64,000 nucleotides of DNA from the NCBI RefSeq assembly GCF_001194135.2, contig NC_068988.1, positions 67,256,209-67,320,208 of the forward strand. The letters run 5' to 3'. The position numbers and the translations under genes were made by a program. This document shows positions 50,187 through 62,844 of this stretch, piece by piece (within the stretch, counting starts at the first letter, position 1; every line of letters starts with the position of its first letter). The notes beneath the pieces were generated by a model. It saw nothing but the letters and a program-made list of their open reading frames with translations, searched no databases and had not been told where the DNA came from. This stretch comes from Octopus bimaculoides. Its lineage: Eukaryota.

Positions 50187-50870
50187 CAAAGTGCGGTGAT
50201 TATATTGCCGTCTAAATTACGCAAAAATGACGACTTTGACCTCTCCTGCGACTCTTCTGGACGTTCTCATTTTTAAGTTGGTGAATGCTGCCATAATCTT
50301 TGTCTTCAGTTCATCTTAGGTGTTATAAGGAGTTTTCTAAGTCCCTCGCTCAACTGCACCCTACACGTAATAATCATAGTGGTTGCAGTCTAGGGATTTC
50401 GGTGGTCAGATGTTAGGGGTGATGTGGTCGCAGAAATTGCCTGACAGCCATGACTGGGGCCTGCCGCTTGTGTGGCATGGCGTAGAGACCTGTTGTCTGA
50501 CATAGGGTCTTCCAGCAGCCACCCTTTTGACCCAGGGCAGCAGTACCTCCTCCAGGCACTTGATGTGAGCCTCGGTGTTGTGTGTGAGGTTGTGTCTGAA
50601 GATGAATGAAGGCATAACGTCGCCATCAGTACTAATCACTCCAAACATCATGATGTTGAATGGATCTTTGATTTTCATCACTCTAGGTACATGTAATAGA
50701 GGACACGGGAAGCTAACGGTTGTTCTGTGGGTTCACAATCTGTTCATATTGTAGCGTCCGGCGCGAATGCCAAGGAGGGCAGCATGTCGTTTCAGAATCT
50801 CTAGTGGAATGAGTTGCGCATGCGCAAAATAAAATGTATAAAATGGCACCAATTTACCCATTGCCCCTTG
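50187..50870 (-). mobile_element. Internally deleted DD37D (maT) transposon with both TIRs and TA flanks
   Basis: KDPFNIMMFGVISTDGDVMPSF...EAHIKCLEEVLLPWVKRVAAGRPYV; termini TA-caaagtgcggtg and ccattgccccttg-TA. Confidence 0.88.
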
Positions 50871-50895
50871 TATATATGTATGTGTGCATACATAC

Positions 50896-50930
<35 letters not shown>

Positions 50931-51285
50931 CTCACACACAGACATTGCAATGCATAACCCACACGCACACAGACACACATATGTATATATAGATAAATAG
51001 AAAGAAAAAGAGGATGAGACAATGAGAAACATATAAGACGTTTATAAACATAAATGCATACATAACATGCATATATCTATCTATATATATATATGTATGT
51101 ATGTATATATATATGTATATATATATACATATATATATATATGTATATACGTATATATATATATATTCACATACATGCATATACATATATATACACACAC
51201 ATATATATACTCATATATATACACGCACATATATATACACATACATATATACATACATATATATATATATATATANNNNNNNNNN

Positions 51286-51324
<39 letters not shown>

Positions 51325-52339
51325 TAAGAAATTATATTGCGCCGTGTATGCATTACAGATATTCTCTTATATCAGACATCAATATAGATTGACTATTTAG
51401 ATTTCTAAAACTACAAAATCACTAGCATAAACATGCGCATATCTGCGTCTCGCGTGTGATTTCAAAGTGAGTTCTTTTGTTGTCTTGTACATCTGTTTTT
51501 ACTCGTTTATGTAAAGTATATGTGTATGTGTGTGTGCGTGCGCTTATGCTTGTGTTTGTCTGTGTGTGTGTTTGCGTGTGTAAGTACACGTATATATCCA
51601 CATGTGATGACTCGAATAAACATATATCGAAATTATGAGCTAATAGTATACGCTAAAGCGTATGCGTTTCCACTTCTAAGTGTAAGCTCATGAATATATA
51701 CGCATGTATATGTAATTCTACGGTACGTATTTCGATTTATATCCTTGAATATAATTGCCGCGCCCTATGTTCTCTTCTGCACGGTTGTGGATATCATCGA
51801 TCTTCACTATAAAAATATGTTCTTTTATATATCTCTGGCTTTACTACAGTGTTAAGCGTAATGATTCAGACTAGAAATTGTTTTCCTATTGTAATAACTT
51901 CTTCTAAATATATTGTGATGCAATCTAGACTATTAGACATATTCTATAATGGTAAGATAATCAACTGCCACAAAAAGTGTTTGAATTTTGACTCCTTATT
52001 TCTGTATTCCATCCATTATTCTATTATTTCTTTATTTTCAGTTTTCCCTTTGGTATTCAGCTGATATAAGTGTGAACTGAGACCAATAGCTTAAATGTAA
52101 ATATCATCCCTGATGTAAGCGTCCGATCGAATTATACAAGTAAGAATTGAAGTAAAAAATATCCAAACCTCTGTAAGAAAAGGATTTTGTCATATCAGCT
52201 GATATTCCTTTCGCTTATCTTTATATGTAGACACATACAGCACACACACACACATATATATATATATCATTACTAAAAGAAAATATACTACATGTGTCTT
52301 TATATATATATAAATGCTATAACTTTATATACACAGCGT

Positions 52340-52606
52340 TGGCGTAGCTGTGTGGTAAGAAGCTTGCTTCCCAACCACGTGGTTGTGGGTTCGGTCCGAC
52401 TGCCTGCCGCCTTGGACAAGTTTCTTCTACAACTGCCTCGGGCCGACTAAACCCTCTGAGCGAATTTGGTTGACGGAAACGGAAAAAAATGTATGTATTT
52501 GTGTCTGTGTTTTCCACCCCACTATCATTTGACAACCGATGTTGGTGTGTTTAACTCCCCGTCAATTAGCAGTTCGGCAAAGAGACCGATAAAATAAGTA
52601 CTAGGG
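52340..52606 (+). mobile_element. Family-B SINE
   Basis: ggcgtagctgtgtggtaagaagcttgcttcccaaccac...cctcgggccgac...gagaccgataaaataagtactagg. Confidence 0.85.
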
Positions 52607-52765
52607 ACATGGTGGGCGTTGGAATGAATTGACCGTAGAGTATAAAGAGTCGGGAGAATCGCTGCTATTTATGCTCTTCAAAGTGCTAACGACTCTAGCA
52701 GTTCACCGTGATAAACAATAACAACACCATCAACACCACCAACACCACTACCATCACCACCACCA

Positions 52766-53227
52766 TTAATTTGGTATAAAAGAAGGGCGACAGCAAATAT
52801 TCTGCTTAATACCATAGATTTGCTTGTCAGTTGTTTGACCTTAACCAGTTGAGCATTTCCCTTGGTGGCTGACGATATGTGCATCTCTAATCATGAGCAG
52901 AAATAGTGGGGGAGCACCATAGCCCTGTGTTGAGAGGAATTCTTCGGGGGTTGAATAATTCACTTTTGAAAACATGGGTGTTTTGCTCAACATCCTTAAA
53001 CAAACCTTATTCAGGGACCTTTTGAGTGGGATGGGCTACTCGACCTGAAGAAAATTCTAACTGGTACCCACCTGCGAGTTTCTGCGCTGTTTATCTTGAT
53101 ATAAGATCACCATGTCACGCACATATGGTTGTGATGCATATGCCTGGTGTAACCTTATCAGACGGGTAGTCATGATGGGTATACTGAGCTTCGTATATTT
53201 TACCCCAGTGTCACTTTGATGGCATGC

Positions 53228-53228
<1 letters not shown>
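52766..53228 (+). mobile_element. Non-coding interspersed repeat (family X) ending in (AAT)n
   Basis: Its 3' half (caccatgtcacgcacatatggttgtgat...gcctggtgta) recurs at 56135-56290; followed by an (AAT)n tail at 53229-53292. Confidence 0.7.
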
Positions 53229-53279
<51 letters not shown>

Positions 53280-54888
53280 TAATAATAATAATATAGTATC
53301 GATATATGATTCCGAAAGAGCCCAAAGAGAAGGAAGAAAAACATTCTGTATTTGACTTGTATTTTATATATCGACTGAGGAATGATGAAAGGACAATTTA
53401 ACTTCGGCTGGATTTGAACGTTAACAATCTGACCTGAACAATTGAAAAGTAAAGCTCAAATAATTCTACCAATCCACTGATTTTTAAGTCCATAGCATTT
53501 CTGATTCACATTTTTCAGCAAATACATCACATTCAGAAAAGAATACTAAATTAACTTCTGTAGTATATCCAGTGCTGCTTCCCATGTGTTCTATATATCT
53601 ACCATCCTATTTTATTTTGCATCTAAATTATTTACAACTATTTTGGTTCAAACCTAATGCCTCGCATTCTCGCCGCCAGAATCTGCAGCAATTTGTGTTA
53701 ACGACAGTCACATTATCAACAGCCAATGTGACTTGTTTCTGAAACATTATCTTTCTACGCAGGATAAAGCTACTCAATAAAACCTTGGGGAAAATTTCCT
53801 AAAATGACAGCTTCACACTTGTTGAAACGAGAAAAGAATATGTATTAGATTTCTCTTGCATATGAAATAGAAAAATATCTTACTTTAAGAAAAATACAGT
53901 AATACAAAAATGATGCTTCCTCGCCTTTTCTACATTTAAGTTGTAAAGTGTCTTTTAAATTTTTGCTCGAGACAAAAATTATTCCATAGAAAAGAATGTA
54001 TTGGACACAGTAGTTGCTCAAATATGCAATATATATACGTAGGATGTTCTAGATAGGGCGCTGTTTATAAAATGTTGATGTGGATGAATGTTGTTCCGGA
54101 TCTGTGGCGCACCACGAACAACAACAACAACAAATTGGTATGATGCAAAGAAATTAATTATCATAAAAATGTAAGGGAGAATTATGAAGAATGATAATTA
54201 TCAATGCTGGAATACGGGAATGTTCTGAAAATCTGAAACGTAGACAATGAAATAGTTCATTAATAAATGAGACTCTGCTTTAATAATGTATTGACTTCTT
54301 TTCTCATTATTGAACTGTTCCCTGTTTATTTTGACACATTGCTGTTAGCGTGAAAAGATTTTCGGCAAATGTTATCAAAAAATCTGAATGGTTAATTATC
54401 AATTCCACAGAGTCGTTAGAAATGTAAATTGTTTTCCTAAAGTTCCTCTTAAATAAAATTAGTTACGCATAATCACTCAAGATGAACGAGCTGGGATTTT
54501 TAAGTTTTAGAAAAGGAGGAATATTCAATAGAAATGACTAAGAAAGATATATTTACTATTGAATTCGAATAAATGATAAGCGTTGCTATTATATAAGGAT
54601 GAACAGTGTCAATATTGTCATGACCTTCATAGAAAAGTATTATGAAGAGTGATTTTAAGGAAATGATTCATATTTTTAAATATCATTTGGTGACACTTCA
54701 GAGAGGATCCAGTTTTACATCCGGAGCATCTAGGAATAGCAACTACTTCTACCTCATATAAAACGAGCAAACCCGCTAACAATATCAACTGCCTGTGTCT
54801 CATAACACACTCAATTATTATTAATAAGAAAATAACATATATGTTCATGTATATATGTACAAATATATACATATAAACACGCACACAC

Positions 54889-54982
<94 letters not shown>

Positions 54983-56134
54983 GATCCAAGGATCGAGGTG
55001 TAGGAAGACAGTTAGCTTCAAGCAATCCAGAGTAAATATAAAAAACAACTTTCAGGGACAAAAGTGGTTTATTGAGACGAAATATTGTGGATATTTTTCG
55101 TATCAAAGTACGATCAACTAAAAAAAAGTTGTTTTTATATTTCCCGGTAGGCGACCACGCTTTCCGGGTATGCGATTAAGTGAAGGTTTACATTGTCGGA
55201 AAGTGGTATATGTTAACATATAGAAGATTCAATCAGAATGCTAACACATGGAAAATTCAATGAAGATATTCTTGGCCTGAAGAGTAGCCTGGTGTATAAA
55301 CCTCGCTTGTATATTTACCACTTCCGAAGTTCCACTCGCTATGAAGCATATGTAGCCCGGATCTTATCTACTCCATTTCTTAACTCTTGAATAAATGTAG
55401 TACAATAAAAAAAGACGAGTACTCCTATAACAGACACAAATCACAGCTGAAATGTCTTTCATCCTAAATATACACGATCGGATTCAACGTAAGACTAAAA
55501 GAAGTAACCACCACGTCCAATTTGAAATGAAACAAACGTAATCCTTTTTTAGCCTAAATGAATAATTAAAATATATTCGTTATTCTATCATTAAAGATTG
55601 TAGTTCTAATTGAGTGACAATTATATCAATCGCGGTATTAATTACCGACAGCACAGATTAATCAATCATACTTCGAATGTGTATGACGAACTAATAATTA
55701 TAGCAACTAGCGGAACTCATGAATGTTTCATGGAATTAATGGGTTATTTCTGAAAACTTTATCCGAAAAGCCTGAAAGCGTAGTCTGTGTTGTGCCTGTT
55801 TCAAAAGATAGTGACTAATCTGCTACTCATTGAAACGTGAATGAAATTGGAATATGATGATTTCTTAATGCAATTTATATATACATTTTATATACTTTAT
55901 GTACAATTTTATAGACTTAATAAACAGCAATGTCCTTCTTTCTCTTTCACTCTTACACTTACACTCATTTTCTCTCCTTTTCTTTCCCCCTCTTTTGCTT
56001 TCGCTCTTCCCTTCAACTAATAATGTTACAGACGGTCTAAGTAACGGAAGAAACAAAACCTAGACTTAAAAAAATTACACATTTCACTCATCACCCCTTC
56101 TCCCTCTAGAAAGTTTGTCCATCATCATTAATTA

Positions 56135-56290
56135 ACCTTTATTTGGGGACCTTTTAAATGGGATAGTCTACTAGGCCTGTTAACAATTTCAACTAACCTG
56201 CAAGGTCATGCGCTGTTTACCATATCAGGTCACCATGTCACCCACATATGGTTGTGATAAATGTGCCTGGTGTATCCTTAACACACGGAT
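56135..56290 (+). mobile_element. Family-X repeat fragment
   Basis: cctgcaaggtcatgcgctgttta...caccatgtcacccacatatggttgtgataaatgtgcctggtgta. Confidence 0.7.
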
Positions 56291-56294
56291 ATGA

Positions 56295-57390
56295 TGGTGA
56301 TAAACGTGAAGATGCTATACAACATGCTACTATGAAGGAAAAATTAAGAAAGGAATACTGGAGCAGAATGAGACTCATACGGAAAACTGACCTCAACTCC
56401 AAAAATCGCATTGACGCCATTAACACCCTGGTACTTCCAGCAGACCAATATAGTCTTAACATCATTAACTGGAGTCCTAAGGAGCTCCAATGCCCGGACA
56501 GGAAAGCAAGAAAACTACTAACATCTAAGAACATGCACCTCCCAAAAGCAAACGTTGAGCATCTGGACCTACCTAGAAGTAATGGGAGAAGTGGAATAAT
56601 GCTGGTAGAACTGTGCTATAAGACTTCTACAATAGTAATGAACGTGTAATTAACTAGTACAGAGGATTGGATGCTGCAGGTTGTGTGCAAACACGAATGC
56701 AGCAAAAGGTGACATTCTATTGTGAAGGAAGCTTGCAAATTCGCAAATGAACTTTGCATTAACCCTGAATTAGTTGGAGAACCTGAAACAACTTCCACCA
56801 AACCAGTAAATGGAGCAAGCAGACTGCAAAAGGACCGGGAAGAAACAGATTGAGGAGCGGTGGGACCAGAAACCCTGCATGAACAGTATATTCTTCGAAG
56901 TCGAAATGCTGATGTAGACGAAGACACAGTCCATCAGTGGCTGAGAAGTTCCAGACTGAAATCAGAGACTGACGGCTTCATATTGGCAGCACAAGATTAA
57001 AGCTTGTTTATCAGAAACTAGCAGGCTAACATTCTTCCGTAAATGTAGATTTTGCGACACATTTGACAAAATAATAGACCGTCTCGTTTCGGGATGCTCT
57101 GTGTTGACACCAAACGATTGCAAAAATCGCCACAATAAGGCAGGACAGTATTTACACTGAAAAATATGTAAACACTACAAAATTCACACACCTGTTTACT
57201 AGTATAAACATCATCCTGAACCATTCAATTAAAGGTAAAAATATCACTATCCTCTGGGATTTTCCAGTCAACACCAACAGAACAATCCAGGCTAATCGTC
57301 TAGACATAATTATTAAAGACTGGGAAGAAAATACTTGTAGATTGATAAATGTGGCTGTTCCCACTGACGAAAGCGTATCTGTTAAGGCTA
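56295..57390 (+). mobile_element. R4/Dong-clade LINE fragment (alpha-like), truncated at both ends
   Basis: DAIQHATMKEKLRKEYWSRMRLIRKTDLNSKNRIDAINTL...ANVEHLDLPRSNGRSG; LKSETDGFILAAQD; WDFPVNTNRTIQANRLDIIIKD (RLE). Confidence 0.88.
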
Positions 57391-58651
57391 GACATTTTCT
57401 GGGTGTGTCCTCGTCGACTACATAGATGCCAGACTTATTTCATCGATTTAGAAATGATGAAATGCAAATTCAACCTCGGCGAGCAAAAATTCAGTGGAAA
57501 ATACCGGTAGCATTTCATCCTCGTCGCTAACCATGCTAATGAGAATTGTAGTATTTTTGTTGATGCTGATTCGAAGAAAGAGTTAATTTACTAAAAGGGC
57601 AATTTTAAATGATAGGCAGTGGCAAGATGATAAAAAAATGTTTCAAAGGACTTAGACGATGAAAAATAAACTGAGAGATGAATTCAATATGAGATGGTTA
57701 GAATATTTTTCATAGATTAGAAAGTCGAAATGATAGCAAAACTCAGTTGCTACCTGCAACGAAATTACAGAAGAGCAGCAAAAAATAAATAATAAAAACA
57801 AAAAAAATGTTTGATACAACAAGAAATGAATGCAAATGGTATTGATGTACAACACTTTAAAATGTCTTCTTCACATTGTGATTTCTTCAGTTTCAACATT
57901 AAAAAATGTATCAATATGCCCAACATACACATCTCTGATACTAATTAAATACGTCGCGCAAGAAATGACACAATCAGAATATATCCACACTGGAATGATG
58001 CGAGGAATATTTTGCAGTAAATTGTCTCTTAGCAGCTGAATATTTACCGGGTTAATATTATGGTAATTTACTGTCGACCCGGACAATTTTGTTGCAAAAT
58101 TTCGTGAAATTTTAATGTTTTGAAATTAGTTGAATATAATATGTTGACAGCAGAACAAATAGCAATAATCAACCATATAGAGCGTATAGAATAATTACTA
58201 GGTGAATGATATATATATTTGGCATAAGAAATTTAGTTTCTTTATTTTCTATTTAGTTGCAAAATATTCCTTCCTATATTCTAATTCGTAGGAGTTCTAT
58301 TTTGTAAACTATTATGCTTATATAACGAACGTATACAATGAGTGTTGGATCGCACTTCATTCAACGTAAATACGTATATTCCTGCTCGTATATTTTTTTA
58401 CTGCTCAAAGAGCAAGAAATCATCGATAGGCAACATTTCCGATGATTTTGTCATGTAATATATGCATCAAACTCAAACAATAATCCAGTCAAGAATGTAA
58501 TCAATCAAAATGTATCAAAATTATCAGGCGTTTCACAAAATATCTGGAGAACTATTAATTGATCAATTTCACTCAGTTTTAGTTCAGACTGTCAAGAACG
58601 ATATTGTTCAATTATGCGAGCAAAAAGAGTTATAGTTGCCATTTTACTTAC

Positions 58652-58763
58652 CTGCTAAATAAATCAATATTTAGGAAGACATATTCCCCGTTGTTGAAAT
58701 TCAATTCCTCAGCTTGTATCATAATGTCCCGCACAGAATCTGGGTTGGCACAAAGTACAACGA
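58652..58763 (-). CDS. Internal coding exon (112 bp) of a natriuretic peptide receptor / receptor guanylyl cyclase-like gene, extracellular ANF-receptor domain
   Basis: Minus strand reads tctctttttcag|TC GTT GTA CTT TGT ... TTT AGC AG|gtaagt, with canonical splice sites. Peptide VVLCANPDSVRDIMIQAEELNFNNGEYVFLNIDLFS resembles the NPR-type segment (vertebrate NPR-A pattern VIYICSSPDAFRxLML...YVFFHLDIF). Confidence 0.9.
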
Positions 58764-58839
58764 CTGAAAAAGAGATAAGATAATGTATGAAATAGGCATT
58801 ATATAAATTTTTGGAAAACAGAAACAAACTCACGCATAT

Positions 58840-58931
<92 letters not shown>

Positions 58932-58993
58932 NNNNNNNNNNNNNNNNNNNNNNNNNNNNNNNNNNNNNNNNNNNNNNNNNNNNNNNNNNNNGT

Positions 58994-59030
<37 letters not shown>

Positions 59031-59059
59031 CTTATATTCAATTACCTACATACATACAA

Positions 59060-61380
59060 AGGTCTACGGAAACAGGAAATATTCAGGCGCAGACTTCATA
59101 ACAGTTTAATGACGTAAGTAATTTCACCTTTTATCGTTGAGATCGCATACGGTTCAATCTAGGGCGCACAAGAAATGCCCCAATTGTAACCAACTGCAAA
59201 CTACTCTCCTCATCCCCAAGAATAGCCAAACCAACCTTCTTAAGAAATACCACATGCTTTGCTGGATCCTTGTGTCACTATCATTAAAATAGCTGAGCAT
59301 GCTGGGGGAAAAGAAGAATGTGAATGACTCTATGCAGCAGCTACGAATTAACAAGTGGCTCAAGGAAAAACAGTAACAATATCGCAGGAGCTTAAACATA
59401 ATGTAGTTGGACTACTAGTAGACTTTTGATAGCCGGTTGATTATTAAGGCTTTACAGTTAGCCAAATTCTCACAACCACTAGTGAGTGCTGCTGATCACC
59501 TGACCAAGATTTGGTACACCACTTTGCTACTTAGGGGTGATAAGGAGTAAATTGATTCAAATAGTATTCGCTACCAAAAAGTGTGATAGCCTGTCGGATT
59601 TGCTCTTCCACCACACATTAAATTCATTATCACTTCTGCTCACGAAACATAGTGGCTATGGAAATGCATCAAGGAGTATATAACATATTTTCGTTGACGA
59701 CGACGTCAAACCCTATGGTTCAAATATCAACCTCCCCCCGCCCACAATGAAAATCAATTGGATCACATTACTCAATTTTCCCCAGACTTTGGCATGACAT
59801 TTGGTGAATCCTAATGTGTATATTTGACAGCGAAAGTGGAAACGTTATGTCTTCATCTGAAAACCTGAAAATGAATGGCTTGACAATATTACCTCTACAG
59901 TCAGGTACAGTTATATGCAAATTGAGAAAAATGATCATATCAGATATGGACCCTTTTAAAAAAAGGAGAGGGCCAGGAATGAATATCTTAGGAGAGTAAA
60001 AGGAACATGGTCAGAGCTCTCAGCTTAAAACAAGCATATTGACCACAACACCTCAGGTCTACATTTGGCCTTCTGAAATGGTCACTACAAGAACCCAGTG
60101 AGATACACATTGGAACTTGCAAGCTTTTCAGTGTTGTAGGAAACGTCAACGTCAATGGAGATGTATAGATGCTATACCTCCCACACAAGGCTGATGGCTG
60201 TTGGACTCGTGTCTGTCTTGAATGTCATATGTAGCAAGTATTGTAACACTGCAATAAAGTTTGAAGCAGATAAAAGAGACCAGTAACTTGGCCAGGTGTG
60301 CAACCATGAATAGCATAATTAGGACAGCTAATGAACTTGAGGAGATGCATGAAAAAACATCTGATATAGATCTCTCCGGAAGGGGCATATTTAAAATATA
60401 TTTCTTAGAAGAACAAAACAATAGAACAGTACAATGAGAAGATATTACATGCGAACTTGAAACGAAACACAAAAAACATTGAAAGGACTATTCATGTCAA
60501 AAGCGTGGCATGGGGTACTAACTAGTTTGTGGCATCATACTTTGAAGTCTGCTTACATGCAATTGAAGAACAAGAGATCTACACCAAGTACCTATAGAAT
60601 AAAATGCAGAAAACACTGACAGACAACAAATGTAGGCTGAACTAGACAAAGACTGAAGACATCAACTACAGCATTGCTAACTGCGAGGGAATGTCTTCTA
60701 AATGTTATCTTCCAACGCGGGATGCAACCGTGAGCAGGACAGTTTGGGACAGAATAAGAAAAATCTGCAAAAAAAAAAACAAACAACCTACAGATGAAGA
60801 TAGGTCAAAAGAATATGGGTGGGACTCATTAATTAAAACAGCCACCAAGTTCAAACACAGCTGGTCAAACATTGTTGTGTTGGACAACAAGGAAAATTTA
60901 CGTTCTGTTTGACCTTCTTAAGACTTAAGGGACAGTGTTTAAAACAAAATGCTTTCTTCAACAATCTTGTTAGCAAATCAGTGGCAGATCAAGATATATA
61001 CTAAATTAAAAAGAAATTATACATTCACACACACATACATATATAGATACAAGGGAAAGACGACATCTATGGACTACCATTAATGAGGCGTTTGCAAATC
61101 CAGTACCATGGATGCACTTTCAACTTCATACCCATTATTATTAGAGCAACAGCATACATACCAACCCGTCTGGAGCAAACATAGTATATTGGGCAGGGAA
61201 TGCAAATTCACAATTCATACTCTACAAATGATAACGATATCAAGGACAATTAAAATCTACAAGACCTTTTCTTAGATTTACTGGATGATGGTTAAAGAAA
61301 ATGCTTTTTGTTCACAACCTTCCAGCCACGCATGTGGCAGGTCAAAATTTACTCAAACTTTATAAGAGAACGACAACACA
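59060..61380 (+). mobile_element. R4-clade LINE (beta subfamily), 5'-truncated, RT core to RLE, decayed, interrupted by a CA/TA repeat near 61020
   Basis: TTLLIPKNSQTNL, LDY**TFDS, IIKALQLAK, TYFFVDD, FGMTFGES, ARNEYLRRVKGTWSELSA, STFGLLKWS, AIEEQEIYTKYL, FNFIPIIIRAT. Preceded by (TACA)3 at 59047-59058. Confidence 0.85.
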
Positions 61381-61390
61381 TATTCATTCG

Positions 61391-61452
61391 TACATGCATG
61401 CATACATACATGCATACATACATGTATACATGCATGCATACATACATACATA
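61391..61452. repeat. (TACA/TGCA)n microsatellite between the two beta LINEs
   Basis: Direct inspection. Confidence 0.95.
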
Positions 61453-62760
61453 TATTACAATGGTGCCTGTAACACAACACATGTCACGAAAGAATATTAC
61501 AGTCGTATAAAGAAAATTTGGACCTCAGAACTCTCTGCATTCAATACGACAGTGGCCCACAATGTGTTTGCAGTGCTAGTACTCATACCAACATTCGGAC
61601 TGCTTGATTTGATGCTTGATGAGATCCGAGCCATTGATGGGAAAACCCGAAAAATACGAAGAAGCACACATAATTTCCACATAAACAGTGATGTAGACTG
61701 CCTCTACCAAAAAAGTAAACAAGGCAGCAGAGGTTTAACATCGATCAAAATGCCTTTTAATGTCGCATCATATCCTTTCGGCAACATCTTTTAACCACCA
61801 AGTGACGAAGTGCATCCCTTGACCAAGTTTGCATACATGATTTTGTTAACATCATAAGACTTGGAAGGCAGCTGCTTGAGCAACACTCTTTGTCTGATAA
61901 CGTAGAATACATGCTCAAACAAGTCGCATAACTCTAGCACAACGTATCATCATATGAAAGAATGAACCTATATGAGCAGAAGATCATGCATGGATATGTT
62001 AGTAGAAGCTCCGTGGTGAGAGTAATATCGATCGTCAAAGCAGTTTATCATGGATCACTAGCCGGAATACTACCTCTCTCTTTGAAGGGTATGCGTTTGC
62101 AATCCATGAACAGGAAATATCAATCAATACCTGATGCACAAAAGGGATAGAAATGCGGGGAAAACCGTAAAAAAACGATATCACACTGAAGATATCACCC
62201 ACATCATAAGTAGTTGTCCGAAAATGTCACCACGGTATTATCTGCCGATGAGGCATGATGATGAAGCTAGGACACTCTATAACGAAATCCGTCGGAAGGT
62301 TAATCCCGAGGACAAAGAAATAAGGGCTGACAATATGGTAGAAGTCCTAGCCACTCATAATGAAATGAAATACTAGTGGAATTTACCAGCGAAGGCCTCA
62401 ATAAAGTGTAAAGCGCAACAGACCTGATAGAATGATTTGGGATAGAGAAGAGAAACTGTTTACAGTTGTGGATGTTAAAATAAAGCTGAATATCAGTGAA
62501 AAATAGAACATCTATGCTGAACTATTGAGAAATATGCAGTTTCTCTAGCCAGATTACAAATTATGTTTATGCCAGTGATTATTGGGGCCCACGGATGTTT
62601 AACAAGCTGCCTAAATACCAATCTTGAGAAGTTAGGCTTCTTAAAGCCAAAAATGAGAAAGCTAATCCAAAGACAACAGACCCAATTCATTACTGTAACA
62701 GTAAAACTCTGTAAAACTTTCCGGAAGTTTATTTAAATATATACAAGCATCTCTAGATCT
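61453..62760 (+). mobile_element. Second R4-clade beta LINE, 5'-truncated, RT C-terminus to RLE
   Basis: TKEYYSRIKKIWTSELSAFNTTVAHN, PTFGLLDLMLDEIRAIDGKTRK, NSDVDCLYQKSKQGSRGL, TEDITHIISSCPKMSPRYYLPMRHD, CFMPVIIGAHG; (TACA)n tail at ~62776-62840. Confidence 0.88.
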
Positions 62761-62813
62761 GTAACTATATGCATGATAATACATACATAAAACATATAAT
62801 TCTACACATATAC

Positions 62814-62844
<31 letters not shown>

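Larger units (their letters stand above)
1676..58651 (-). other. 56,976-bp phase-2 GT-AG intron of the receptor gene
   Basis: Donor gtaagt at 58651, acceptor tttgcag at 1676. AG+T reconstitutes Ser and gives continuous IDLFSSKNASMYPW. I recognised no intervening homologous exon, but gaps could hide one. Confidence 0.8.
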
